DNA of 64,000 bases from the human T2T-CHM13v2.0 reference genome, Homo sapiens (GCF_009914755.1 NC_060925.1), one strand, 5' to 3'. Counted from the first letter of the stretch, positions 32,855-47,834 are shown. Notes: generated by a model from the letters alone, not told the origin. Numbers and translations: made by a program.

Positions 32855-33885
32855 CATTCTTTCTTTTAAGCCTCCTAACTTAAGCTTCATCTTTACCTCT
32901 CCTTATCTTTGTCCAATCTGTCTTATCTGGGCTCTTTGTCTAACAACCTCTACCAGAAAATTCTTAATTATCTCTTATTGTTTTGTATCTTCTTCCTCTC
33001 CTTTTCCATTAGCTTCATCCCCAGCCCACAAACATGCTTAACTCTCCTCACTCTTAAAACAAAGTCCTTCCCTCTCTACCTATCACCATATCTCTCACTT
33101 CCCTTCACATCCAATTTGTTTAATATATTGTGTTCATTTGATGTCCACACTTTCTGACTTCCCAATCATTCTTTACCTCCTAATTTTCTGCAATCAGGCT
33201 TCTAATCCTATTGCTTAACTAGAGGTATTCTCCCAGAGGTCCTGGCGAATTTCATGTCAGGCATAGGTAGGCAATGCCAGATCAGTTGCCCCTAGTTTTT
33301 CTCCCCGCAACAAACGAATTCAGATCTAAGAAAAAAAAAAAAAAAAAACCTGTGGTATCAAGGCCACCACATTGCAGAGCACTCAACCGCCATTTAACCT
33401 ACATAAATAGCACCTTACCCACTGAAGCCTGCACAACTAAAAACAATGGCCTTGAGTGGTAGGGCTAAACTCTTGGGTTCATGCGGTTTATCCAAATGCA
33501 GGCTGAAGAGGAATCCCCATTATATGACTCTAGATTGATAAATTACCTAGTTTTGATTATGGCCTTAGATTTTAGAGATTCAGACTTTGGTTTTGCCCAT
33601 AGACACGTGGTAGATTTTATCTAACACACAAATTAAAAGGAATAGGGCTCCATAACTTAAAGAGAATAAGCCATCTTTTGTAGTTGTGGCAGATAAACAG
33701 TTCAGTGAAGTTACTGCAAACCCACAGCATTCATTACTGCTATGAAGTACTGAGACCTCCAACTCCAGCCAAGATGTAGTAGTATATATCAAACTAAACC
33801 TCCCACTTCAGGGGGAAAGTGGGATAAAATATACATAAATATTTACATATTTGTATATATTTATATGTGTGTGTGTATATATATA

Positions 33886-34203
33886 TAGTCATGCAATGCA
33901 TAACCAAGTTTTGATCAAAGACAGACTGCATATGCAACTGGTGGTCATATGCAGTTGCATATGACTTGCTATACATTTTCCAAGTTTAGATGTACAAATA
34001 CCTACCATTAGGTTAAAATTGCCCACAATATTTAGTACAGTACCATGCTGTACAGGTTTCCAGCCAAGGAGCAATAGGCTGGGTGTGTAGTAGGCTATAC
34101 CATCTAGGTTTGTGTAAATATATTCTGAATGTTCATACAACAATAAAATTGTCTGATGATGCATTACTCAGAATGTATCCCTGTCATTAAGTAATACATG
34201 ACT
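33886..34203. mobile_element. Tigger3-like TcMar element
   Basis: AGTCATG...CATGACT termini; GGAGCAATAGGCT...TAGGCTATACCATCTAGGTTTGTGTAA core. Confidence 0.75.
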
Positions 34204-34213
34204 TTATACATAT

Positions 34214-34570
34214 ACGGATGGTCCCCAACTTACAATAGTTTGACTTAAATTTTTTTGCCTTTATGATGGTGTGAAAGTGATAAACATTCAGTAGAAACTG
34301 TACTTTGAATACCCATACAACCACTCTATTTTTCATTTTCACTACAGTATTCAACAAATTACATAATCAACACTTTATTGTAAAATAGGCTTTGCATTAG
34401 ATAATTTTGCCCAACTGTAGGCTAACATAAGTGTTCTGAGCACATTTAAGGTAAGGTAAGTTAAGCTATGATGTTTGGTAGGTTAGGTGTATTAAGTGCA
34501 TTTTTGACTTACAATATTTTCAACTTAGGTTTATTGAGATATAACCCCATCATAAGCCTAGGAGTATCTA
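34214..34570. mobile_element. MER47A-like Tigger MITE
   Basis: CGGATGGTCCCCAACTTAC start; GGTAGGTTAGGTGTATTAA core. Confidence 0.7.
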
Positions 34571-34778
34571 TATATCTATATCTATAATTCTTTGGAGGCA
34601 TTGAAGAGTAACTAAACCAGGCGGAACTTAAAGCTATGATCCTGGAGAGAAGGCACATGAGGTGAACTCAGTGTTTACCCTGGAATATTTCTCTTGAGGG
34701 AATGCTCAAAACTAAGTGCAAGACAATAAAAGCCAAAAAAAAAATACAGCAGTTTTTCTGGGCTGAGGAATAAGAGGC

Positions 34779-35163
34779 TGTATTAGTCTGTTCTCACACT
34801 GCCATAAAGAACTACCTGAGATTGGATAATTTATGAAGAAAAGAGATTTAATTGACTCACAGTTCTTCAGGTTTAACAGGAAGAATGACTGGGAGGCCTC
34901 AGGAAACTTACAAGCATGGTGGAAGGTGAAGGGGAAGCAAGCACGTTTTACCATGGTGGAGCAGGAAAAAGAGAGTGAGGCGGGAAGTGCCACACACTTT
35001 GAAACCATCAGGTCTCATGAGAACTCACTCTCACTATCATGAGAACAGCCTGGGGGAAATCTGCCCCCATGATCCAATCACCTAATACCAGGTCTCTCCC
35101 CCAGCAGTGGGAATTACAATACAGCATGAGATTTGGGTGGGAACACAGAGCCAAATCATATCA
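34779..35163 (-). mobile_element. MST (MaLR) solo LTR inserted in an old L1M 5' region (~34580-36500)
   Basis: TGTATTAGTCTGTTCTCACACTGC...GAGCCAAATCATATCA; 5-bp TSD GAGGC/AAGGC. Confidence 0.85.
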
Positions 35164-35880
35164 AAGGCCAAAGTTGAGGGCTACCAAAGTGCCTCTGATT
35201 GAGGGCAAACTCCAAGAGGGGAGAATTGCAGAGGAGCTCAACAATCTATGCAAATTGCCATCATGATAGTGATCTAAGTTCCTACACTCAGCATGCACAA
35301 AGAAAGATGCCAAAAAAAAAAAAATCAGAAAACAGCAGTTTAGGGTCTAATGAGGTAAGTGAAGATTTCAGCATCCAACAGAAGTTGGACTTCAAGCCTT
35401 GATAAGGTACCTAGATACCCAGGGTTTTCAGTTGAGATCTCAGCACATCCTTGGAGTAAGAGCAATATAATACTGAAATAAAATAGATCTAACAAAGCTT
35501 GAAACCAAGCCTTTTCAGGATCAAAGTTATCTGCCACTATTCTTTCTACTTTCCAGGAGTAGAAAGTAGAAACTCTATGGAGGTAGGTAACATTATCCAG
35601 AGTCTACAATTTTGTCTTATACAATATCTGGGATCCAATACAAAATAATTATGAGCCATGCAAAAGATCAAATCCAAATGACTAAACACTAAGAGAAAAA
35701 CGTTAATAGAAACAGAACTAGATATTAGAATTGGCCAGGACTTTAAATAACTATAATTAATAGTTTTAAGAAAATAGAAGAAAAGGTGGACAAAGATGAA
35801 AGATGGGTAATTTACTTCAGTATAGAATTGGAATCTGTAAAAACAATTATTGGACAAATATTCTAAAACTAAAAATTACA

Positions 35881-36172
35881 GGCCGGACACGGTGGCTCAC
35901 GCCTGTATTCCCAGCACTTTGGGAGACTGAGGCAGGCGGATCATGAGCTCAGGAGTTCGAGACCAGCCTGACCAACATGGTGAAATCCCCGTCTCTACTA
36001 AAAATACAAAAATTAGCTGGGCGTGGTGGCATGCACCTGTAATCCCAGCTACTCAGGAAGCTGAAGCAGGATAATTGCTTAAATCTGGGAGGCAGATGTT
36101 GCAGTGAGCCAAGATCACACCACTGCATTCCAGCATGGGCAACAGACAGAGACTCTGTCTCAAAAAAAAAAA
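35881..36172 (+). mobile_element. AluS
   Basis: TSD AAAAATTACA. Confidence 0.9.
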
Positions 36173-36687
36173 AATTACAATAACTGGAAATAAGAACCCT
36201 TTGGGTGTGCTTAACAACAGTCTGAGTACAGCAGAAGTCAGGATTCATGAACTGGAAGACAGGTCTGTAGAAAATATCCAAACTGAAGGACAGAGAAAAA
36301 GGAAAAGAACATAACAGACCTCAAAAACACAGTAAAAATGTCTAATAAGTGATTAATTGCAGTCCCTGAAAGAGAGAGGAAAGAGAGGAGCAGTATTTCA
36401 GGAGACAAAGCTCAAGAATTTTCTAAAACTGATAAAAGGCATCGACCTCTCAGATGCCAGAAGTTCAGCCAACCCCAAGAAGAACAAAAGACCATTATCG
36501 CTCAGAAATATTAGAAGCAGTTTCAATTTAGATATTTGCTGAAGACAATTCTTAAGTTGAAACTAAGGAAGAACTCTTGATTGAGAGGCAGGTTTGATAG
36601 GTCTAAGCAGTTCTACAGCACTAGACAGTGGCATGAGTCACGGTGGTATGGGCTTGAAATGTCCACATAGAAAAGAGTGTGAAAATT

Positions 36688-37017
<330 letters not shown>

Positions 37018-37549
37018 TTATATAATAAACAGAACCCACACTCAAATCAGCCCTTTAGTGCCAGAAAAAAAAGAGGGATTCAAAAGAGAAATGGAAATTA
37101 ATGGATTTTGATTATCCTGGTGGGAAATCAAAACCAATAATTTCACTAAACCATAGTAACTGGAAACTGAACCTGCCAACCTGTAACTTTCTAAATTTAG
37201 TAATGAAGTACCAAGATTTCAAGTGTCGCTCTCTGAGAGAGGAGACCTGTTATTAAGTGATTTCCAACCCCCATTTGCCACATATTAAACACAGTATGAT
37301 TAACCTCTTCACAGTAAACATTTATCTCAATTGACTTTACGGTTATAGGTCACAGGCTCAGATAATTGGCATATAATGTTTGTCAAACCAGATAGGCTAA
37401 CACTAAAAGGTTCCCTCTTCTTTGTCTACTTGAGTTTCTGCTATGAGTTTGGAAGCAACTATGAATCTGAATTGTTCCAAATATTGCACTGGGTTCTGAT
37501 AATATCATTTTGTTTGGTTAGCTCTAAGACTTTGAAATTGACATTTTAA

Positions 37550-40007
37550 AAAGTAGACTTTATTTTTTTAAAGCAGTTTTAGGTTCAGGACAAAATTGAA
37601 CAGATGATAGAGGTTTCATACATACATCTTGCCCCCGAGACACAAACAGCCTCCCCCGCATCAAAATCCAGAGTGTACATTTATACAATCAATGAACCTA
37701 CATTGACACACATTATCATCCAAGGTCCATAGTTTACATTCAGGTTCACTCTTGGTGTTGTACATTCTATGGATTTTGACAAATATAAAATGGTATGTAT
37801 CCACAGTTATAGTAACAAATAGAGTAGTTTCATGGCCATGTAAATCCTCCATGTGCCACATGTTCATCCCTCCCTCTTTCCAACCCCTGACAACCACTGA
37901 TCCTTTTACTGTTTCCACTGTTTTGCCAATTCCATAGTGTCATATAGTCAGAATGATACCATATGCAGCCTTTTCAGATGGGCTTCTTTCACTTAGTAAT
38001 ATGCATTTAAGGTACCTCCATGTCTTTGCATGGCTTGATAGCTCATTTCTTATTAGCACTTTATAATATTCCATTGTGTAGATGTGTCACAGTTTGTTTT
38101 TCCATTTACCTGCTAAAAGACATTTTGGTTGCTTCCAAATTTTGGTCATCATGAAAAAAGCTGCCATAAACATTCATGTGCAGGGTTTTGTGTGAATGTA
38201 AAATTTCAACTCTGGGGAAATACCAGGAAGCCCCAGTTGCTGGATGGTAAAGTAAGAGTATGTTTAGTTTGTAAGAAATACTCGTCTTCCAGTGTGGCTA
38301 CCATTTTTGCATTCCCCACCAATAATGAATAAGAATTTCGACTGCTCTGCATTCTTGCCAGCATTTGGTGTTGGTGTTGGCCTTTCTAATAGGTATGTGG
38401 TAGTACATTATTATCGTTTTTATTTGCAATTCCCCAATGATGTATGATGTTGAGTATTTTTTCATATGCTTATTTGTCATTTGTATATTTTCTTTTGCAA
38501 AATGTCTTTTGGCTATATTTATGTGGGTCTCTTTCTGCACTCTCTACTCTGTTCCATTGATCTATATTTCTATTATTTTGCCAATGTCACACTGTCTTGT
38601 TTACTCACATAGTGTCCTCCAACTTTGTTCTTCTACTTCAATATTGTGTTGGCTATTCTGAGTATTTGCTTCTGCATATAAACTTTAGAATCAGTTTATA
38701 AAAATCCACAAAATAATTTGCTGGGATTTTTATTAGAATTGCATTGAATATATGGGTCAAGTTGGGAAGAATCGACATCTTGACAATACTGTCTTCTTAT
38801 CCATGAATATGGAAGAGCTCTCCATTTATTTTGTTTATTTATTTGTTTATTTTGAGACAGGGTCTGACTCTGTTACCCAGGTTGGAGTGAAGTGGCACCA
38901 TCTCGGCCCACTGCAAACCTCCACCTCCTGGGTTCAAGCGATTCTCGTGCCTCAGCTTCCTGAGTAGCTTGGATTACAGGCACCCGCCACCACCCCCAGC
39001 TAATTTTTGTATTTTTAGTAGAGACAGGGTTTCACCATGTTGGCCGGGCTGGTCTCAAACTCCTGACCTCAAGTGATCCGCCTGCCTTGGCCACCCAAAG
39101 TGCTGGGATTACAGGTGTGAGTCACCGTCCCCAGCCAGTTCTCCATGTATTTAGCTTGTTTTTTATTCTTTCATCTGTTTTTTTAGTATAGTCACAGAAT
39201 TGTGCAATCATTATCACTGTGTCATTTCAGAACATTTTTATCACCCTCAAAACAAACTCCATACTCACTTACCCTTTCCATTTCTACCACCGGCTGTTCC
39301 TCTCCCCAGCCCCTGGCAACCACTAATCTTTTTATATTTATAAATTTACCTATTCTGGACACTTCATATAGATGGAATCATCTAACATGTAGCACATTAT
39401 GTCTGGCTTCTTTCAGTTAGTATGGTGTTTTGAGGTCCATCCACTTTACAGCGAATGCCAATATTTCACTCACTTTTTTATTGCTGAAAATATATTATAT
39501 TGTAAGGAAATATCACATTTAATGTACCTATTTGTCAGTTGATAGACACTTAGGTGGTTTTTGTTTGTTTGTTTTTTGCTATAGTGAATAATGCTGCTGT
39601 GAACGCTCATGTACATGTTTTTCTTTGGACATATGTTTTCAATTACTTTGGGTACATACCTACGAGTGGAGTTGCTGGGTTATATGGCAACTCTGTTTAA
39701 CTTTTTTTAAACTGCCAAAGTGTTTTTACAAATGGCCTCATAATGTTTACATTCCCACCAGTAACTCAATGTTTTTCCACATTCTAACCATTTGTTAGTA
39801 TGTGTCTTCTTTATTATAGCCATCCTAGTGGGTGTGAAGTGACATTTCACTGTGGTTTTGGTTTGTATTTCCCTAGCTAATAATGTTGAGCATCTTGTCT
39901 TGTATTTAGTATTTATTTGTATATCTTCATTGGAGAAACATTTTTTCAAATTTGTTGCCTATTTTTCAATTGGGTTGTTTGTTCTTATTTTATTACTGAG
40001 TTGTAAG

Positions 40008-40056
<49 letters not shown>

Positions 40057-43000
40057 CTGGATGCAATTCCTTTACCTGATATGATTTGCAAGTATTTTGT
40101 CCCACTTTGAGGGTTGTCCTCTCACTTTCTTGTGCTTTTTGAAGAAAATAAGTTTTAAATTTTGGTGAAGTCTTTTTATCTATTTTTTTCTTTTGCAGCT
40201 TGTACTTTTGGTGTCATAGCTAGGAAACCATGCTGGATCAAAGGTCACAAAGATTTATTCCTGTGTTTCATTCAAAGAGATATATAGTTTTAGCTCATAG
40301 GTTGACAATCCATTTTGAGATAATTTTTATATATAGTGTGATGTAAGAGCCCATCATCATTTTGCATGTGAATATCCAGTTGTCACACATCATTTGTTGA
40401 AAATACTCTCCTTTCCTTATTTTTTTTTAATTAGACCATATATGCATGTGTTTATTTTTGGGACTCTCAATTATATTCCATTGACCTGTATGTCTATTCT
40501 GATTTCAATACCACACTGTCTTAATTATGTTGCTTGTTATTAAGTTTTGAAATCAGAAGTATGAGTCCTTCTCACACCTTTTTCCTTCTTTTAAAGATGG
40601 TTTTAATTATTCTGGGTCCTTTGCTTTTCTACCTGAATTTTAAGAGCAGCTTGTCAATTTCTGCCACACACAAAAAAAAAAAAAAAAAAAAAAAGAGAGA
40701 GAGAGAGATCCTGCTGGGATTTTGATAGAGATTGCAACAAATCTATAGATCAATTTGGGATTACTGCCATCTTAACTCTGTTAAGTCTTCCAATCCATGA
40801 ATGTGGAACATGAACATGGAATTCCTTTCCATTTATTTAGGTCTTTTAATATTTCCTTCAACAACATTTTGTGGTTTTTAGTGTACACTTTTTTTGTTAG
40901 ATTTATTCCTAAACATTTCATTTATTTACTCATTTTAAATTTCAACTTTTAGATACAGAGGGTACATGTACAGCTTTGTTACATATCCATGGAGGTTTTT
41001 CTACCCATGTTCCCTCCCTCGGTCCCCTCTCTAGTAGTCCACAGTGTCTATTGTTCCTATGTTTATGTTCATGTGTGCTCAGTGGTTAGCTCCCACTTAT
41101 AAATGAGAACATGTGGTATTTGGTTGTCTTTTTCTGCATTAATTTGCTAAGGATTTTGGCCTCCAACTCTATCCATGTTGCTGTAAAGGACATTATTTCA
41201 CTTTTTATGGCTGTATAGTATTCTACAGTGTATATGTACCACATTTTCTTTATCCAATTCACCCTTGATGTGCACCTAGGTTGATTCCATGTATTTGCTA
41301 TTGTAAATTGTGCAGTGATGAACATATAAATGCATGTGTCTTTTGGTATAATGATTTATTGTCCTCTGGATATGTACCCAATCATGGGATTGCTGCATCA
41401 AATGGTCGCTTTAAGTTATTTGAGAAATCTCCAAACTACTTTTCACAGCGGCTGAACAAATTTACATTCCGAAAAACAGTGTGTAAGTGTTCCCTATTCC
41501 CTGCAGCCACATCAGCATCTGTTGTTTTTTGACTTTTTAATGATAGCCATTTTTGACTTTTTAATAATAGCCATTCTAACTGGTGTGGGGTAATATCTCA
41601 TTGTAGTTTTGATTTGTATTTCTCTGATAATTAGTGTTGTGGAGCATTTTTTCATATGTTGGTTGGTCACTTATATGTCTTCTTTAAAAAAAGTGTCTGT
41701 TCATATCCCTTGACCATTTTTAAGGGGATTATTTGTTTTTGCTTATTGACTGAAGTTCCTTATAAATTCTAGGTATTAGATCTTTGTTGGATGCATTGTT
41801 AGTGAATATTTTCTCCCATCCGGTAGGTTATCTATTTACCCTGTTGATTGTTTATTTTGCTATGCAGAAGGTCTTTAGTTTAATTAGGTCCCATTTGTCA
41901 ATTTTTGGTTTTGTTGCAATTGCTTTTGGGCACTTATCCAAAAACTTTTTGCCAAGGCTGATGTTGGTAAAAGTATCTTCTAGGTTTTCTTCTAAGATTT
42001 TTATATTTTGAGGTCTTACATTTAAATTTTTAATTATCTTGAGTTAATTTTTGTATACAGTGAAAGGTAAGGGTCTAGTTTCATTCTTCTGTATATGGCT
42101 AGCCAGTTATCCCAGCACAATTTATTGAATAGGGAGTCCTTTCCCCATTGCTTGTTTTTGTCAGCTTTGTTGAAGATCAGATGGTGTAGATGTGCAGCTT
42201 TATTTTGATGCCTTGTAAATGGAATTGTGCTCTCAGTTTCATTTTTGGATTGTTCATTTCTGGTGCATAGAACTGCAAATTTTTTTGTATATTGATCTTG
42301 TACCCTACAATTTGGTGAATTCATTTATTAATTCTTAAATTTTTGTGTGGATTCCTTAGAATTTTCTATATACAAGATAAAGTCATCTACAAATAGAAAT
42401 AGTGTTACTTATTCCTTTCCAGCTGGGGTGCTTTTATTTCTTTTTCTTGCCTAATTGCCCTCATTAGAACATCAGGTACTATGTTGACTAGAAGTGGTGA
42501 GAGCGGACATACTTGTTTTATTCCTCATCTTACAGGAAATGTTTTCAAGTCTTTCCCCTTTAAGTATGGGGTTAGCTGTGGGTTTTTCATAGATACCCTT
42601 TATCAGGTTGAAGAAGTTCTCTTCTTTCCTAGTTTGTTCATTGTTTTTTAACAAGATAAGATGCTAGATTTTCTCAAATGCTTTTTCTGCATTTATTGAG
42701 ATGATCATATGGAGTTTGTCCTTTGTCCTTTGTAATATGGTGCATTACATTTATTGTTTCATATGTTGAATCAACCTTGCATTCCTAGGATAAATGCCAC
42801 TTTGTCATGATGTATAATCTTTTTCATATGTTGCCAAATAAAGTTTGTTGAGAACTTTTACATCTATATTTATAAAGGTATACTGGCCTGTCATTTTCCT
42901 TTCTTGAAGTCTTAGTTTTGGTGCCAGGGTAATACTGGCCTCATAGAATGAGATGGGAAGTGTTCTTCTTCTCCTTTTTTTCAGGGGGTGAAGAGTCTGT

Positions 43001-43295
43001 GTCCTATAAACATATTCGGCAGAAGTCACAGATTAAGCTATCTGAACCTGGGCTCCTCTTTGTGGAACATTAAAAAAAATTATTACTACTAATTGAATTG
43101 CTTTACTTGTTATAGGGTATTCAGATTTTCTATTGCTTCCTGAATCAGTTTGGGTAGCTTGTTTCTTTCTTGAAATTTGTTCATTTCATCTAGTTTATCT
43201 AATTTCCTGGCATATAACTTCTCATAATATTCCTCTATAATATTTTGTATTCCACAGGTTGGTAATAATGTCCCCTCTTTCATTTCTGATTTGAT
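37550..43295 (-). mobile_element. Nested antisense L1 cluster (L1MC-like, L1MB-like, L1PA/PB-like ~40930-42205) with an Alu (38829-39136) and (TG)n (40010-40054)
   Basis: Minus-strand ORF2 remnants ([50 protein letters not shown]). Confidence 0.85.
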
Positions 43296-44835
43296 CCATG
43301 TGTTTTAAGGAAAAGTTTGTGTCCCCACGAGTATCCCTCCATAAAAAACAAAACCTCCAGAAAATTCTGTCTGAGACTAATTTCAACAGTTACAACGTTA
43401 CAACAAAGACAAATTTAAAACAAAATGCCTCTGGTGTAATTTGTGGTAAATGATAGCTTGTGTTCAGACTAGACTTATCATCACTGCTCAAAAAATGTCC
43501 TTTAAAAATTATGCAAATTTTGATACATCACCCATCATCCATTACTTCTATTTTCCAAAGTCTTGAAGTATTTTAGAAGTTCAATTAAGGCTTATCTCGT
43601 ATCAGTATTTTCAAGTTTTCTCAGCAGCAATTCATAGAGCATATTGAACGAAATTAAGCAGCCACACAAAACCTGTCCAAAATCCAAACACAAGTGTAGC
43701 AATTTTAGATAAGGTTTTGTCATTTGTGGCAAATAAAATGATAAATACCAATAAAAATGCACATCCTATCCCACAAGTAATATAAAAATCTAGTATTTCT
43801 TTTGGTGTGGCAACTGCAATAAACTGGAGTACACAAACACAGTCAGAATAAGGAAATTCATAAGAAAGGCACTGTGTCACATGAAATTCACATAAGTGAG
43901 GTCCTCCACAAAAAGTGTATTACAGGGACAAACCCTTTTCCCAGCTAAAGGCTGGGAGAGAGAGAACAGCTGGAAGTCTCTGAGATCACCACCGCCACTG
44001 GAGCTGGCCAAGGGACACAAAGGTACTAAGATCATTTCTGCTCTCTGGTAGGAGGTGGGTCCTCCTTTGTGTTGGACTGCACCCTGTTCCCTTCTTCACT
44101 GAGAATCTGAGAAGTCTTGTGGTGATAGCTGAACACTTAAGATGCCAGCCTCAGAGTAGGTCATTCTGGTTTGCCCTATGCCATGTGGTAAGAAGCCAGT
44201 CAGCCTGCCCATTTGAGAAAGGCCTGCTGTTTCTGGAGTGAAGTCTGCCTAATTCTGGAGTGAAATATTAGCAGGACCTTTGCATCATCACAGATCTAAA
44301 TGCAAGTTCTCCACTTAGTTTGATCAGTAATAAAAGTACTGTAGCATTATTAATTCTCTGTTTGACTTCTCTATTTCCCAATTTGATCTGAACTTAAAAG
44401 AGGAAGAAAGGATTATGTCTTGAGCTCCTAAAACTTCAACTCAAAGCTTTCATTGTAATATTCTCAAGAAGTGACAGTCTGCATAAATAGCAGATTTTTT
44501 AAAAAGGAAATTCCTCCTAGAACTTTGAAATTTTGGTTATTATCTGCCCGAGAGCTTGGAGGTAGACCTCCGTAGAGAAATGGCACACAGAGTTTGGGGC
44601 CTGACTTCAGATTTCCAGAACCAGAGGATCATGCTCCCTAATAAAAAACAAAGAAAAAGGTCTCATATCAGGTAGTGATGGAGTAAGAGGATGGGCCAGG
44701 GATTAGGGGAAGAACCAAGAGGGACTGATTAACAAAAATTACATCTTTGGAAGCTAGAGAATTCACCACAAGCAAACAACAACAGCAAGTTAGATTATGA
44801 CCCACTTTGTCACCTTTAATGTCGTATTAGATTTA

Positions 44836-45239
<404 letters not shown>

Positions 45240-45661
45240 CTACTACTATTAATAATGAAAACTGAAAGATCCTTAAGATTGTAAAGAAAAGTCAGTCTGA
45301 GACGGAAATTTTCACTAATTGCTGAAACACTGAACCACCACTATGAGTAGAGGAGAGATGGTCCAATAAAAGGAGCAGGAGCTGGAGGACTATTAGAGGA
45401 GGAAGCCAAGCTACAGCAAAGCTGTTGAGACAGCAGGTAAGATGAGGAAACTATAATGGCCGCTAGGAAAAAACAAATCCATTTAGACTCCACAGAAAGA
45501 TAATAAAGCTGCCGGTCTGAAGGACAATCTCGTTGTATATTCAGAGTTAAAAAAGTCACCATCCAAAGCTTTTATTGTTGCAGATTGAGAGGTGGGAATG
45601 CAATGCGGGTGGAGGTGGGTTGGGGATAATGGAAGAGAGACAGAGCCAGCTAGAATGTAAC

Positions 45662-46288
45662 TGTCAGAGGCATTCAAATCAGAATGACTCCATCTTGAAT
45701 ACGGGCTGGGTAAAATGAGGCTGAGATCTATGGGGCTGCATTCCTAGGAGGTTAGGCATTCTCAGTCACAGGATGAGATGAGAGGTTGGCAGGACTGGTA
45801 TCACAAGATAAAGGTCATAAAGACCCTGATGATAAAACAGGATGTGGTAAAGAAGCTGGCCAAAACCCACCAAAACCAATATGGCGATGAATATGACCTC
45901 TGGCTGTCCTCACTGCTCACTGTATGCTAATTACAATGCATCAGCATGCTAAAAGACACTCCCACCAGCACCATGACAGTTTACAAATGCCATGGCAATG
46001 TCAGGAAGTTACCCTATACGGTCTAAAAGAGGGAAATCCCTGCCTCTTTCCCAGAAAACTCATGAATCATCCACCGCTTATTTGGCATATAATCAAGAAA
46101 TAATCATGAAAATAGCCAACCATCAACTCTTGGTGCTGCTTTGTCTATGGAGTAGCCATTCTTTTGTTTCTTTACTTCTCTAGTAAACTTGCTTTCACTT
46201 TACTGTATGGACTTGCCCCCAGTTCTTTCTTGCAGGAGATTCAAGAACCCTCTCTTGGGGTCTGGATAGGGACCCATTTCCAGTAACA
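45662..46288 (+). mobile_element. MER41B-like ERV1 solo LTR
   Basis: TGTCAGAGGC...GACTCCATCTTGAATA...AACCCTCTCTTGGGGTCTGGA...GTAACA; ~627 bp with TG...CA ends. Confidence 0.85.
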
Positions 46289-46689
46289 TATATCATGTTC
46301 CTTTTGTTAACCTCTGTATAATTCAGTGCCTGATATTCCTAGCCCATAGTAGTTGAACAATAAATATTTGTTGAATAACTAATTGGAAGAATGAAAGAAA
46401 TGGGGGTTGGACATGTTTTCACTAAGTACAATACCAACTGTGAATCGTGCTGTATACAACCAATGAGTATCATCTCAACCCATGAGACATGCCATTCATT
46501 CAGTCATTTAGTCCATAAACAGTAATTGAGCATTTGCTAGGTTCCAGGTACAGGATACTAGACCCTTGGGAATAACTAACTAGTTTTTCTGTCCTGAAAG
46601 AGTTTGGAGATTAGTAGTAGAAGAAATATGTTTTTTAAAAAAATTAAGTTCCATACAATATTTTAGGTGCTATCAAAACTACCCCAATT

Positions 46690-47321
46690 TTATATGTAAA
46701 ATGTTTATTTAGAAACAGAATGCTTGTTAATCGGTACTGCAAGGAAAAATTAGCATTCAGACAAAAAGTTTTCTCAGCAAGATAATTTTACTTTCTGCAG
46801 AAAGAGTGCTCCTCGCAGATGGAACAATGGCGAGAGCACACCTGAACAATGGAGGGAAGAAATTTTTATCCCTTACGCAGCTTGTCCTTGCTGCTGTGTC
46901 CTGTCTCCGTTGGCTGGAGCCAGACTGCACAATCTAAACTAAAACCTGACTGGCTAATAATTTAAAACTTTTCTAAATAGGTAAAAGCAATGGAAAGACA
47001 AAGGAAAAGAGGAAGTTGCTTATGAAAGGACTTAGAAAAGTAATAATATTCCTGAATAAGGAAGGGGCATAGGCTGTGAGCTGAGACATGCCCGTGAGCA
47101 CCTCCAGCACAAATATTTTGGTTAAAGTACAAGGACATAGAATGTACTTATTCCTTTATGTCTAATAGCTACATAGGATAGGGCTTAACAGAGAGTTAAT
47201 AGCACAAAGCAAGGAGGATTGAAGGAAGTTAGTCTTTAAAAGAAACTATTATTTCTAACACTTATGATTTATTCTTTAACAAGAAGGGAAACTCTGAAGA
47301 GGAAACTTTTTACTTTCTACA
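46690..47321 (-). mobile_element. ERV1 solo LTR, PABL_A-like
   Basis: Minus strand begins TGTAGAAAGTAAAAAGTTTCCTCTTC and ends just after AATAAA; flanked by the direct repeat CCCAATT (46683-46689, 47322-47328). Family name from memory. Confidence 0.6.
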
Positions 47322-47528
47322 CCCAATTATCCTACTCACCCCACACATCCCAAGCCCCAAGGCGTGAACCAGCTGGGCCTGCTCTCTGCTAGGCTTTCCT
47401 GACAAAGTAGGGAAACCAGACAGACATGTTGGAAGAAGTATTACAGTTTCATGAAATAGCTTCCTCTAGAAGGCAAGAGATAGCTTTGCTGTGGCTTGAT
47501 ATTTGAAATAGGCTATTTAAAGTCATAA

Positions 47529-47834
<306 letters not shown>

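Noticed and set aside
41524-41575. Short tandem duplications (24 bp here; ~21 bp at ~50472-50515; ~26 bp at ~9842-9890)
   Set aside because: Ordinary slippage duplications with two units only; not CRISPR-like or otherwise functional arrays.
46683-47328. Idea that the PABL-like LTR was L1-retrotransposed (7-bp flanking repeat, ends just after AATAAA)
   Set aside because: It starts exactly at the LTR TG and has no real poly(A) tail; a normal solo LTR with a decayed end is simpler. Needs consensus alignment.
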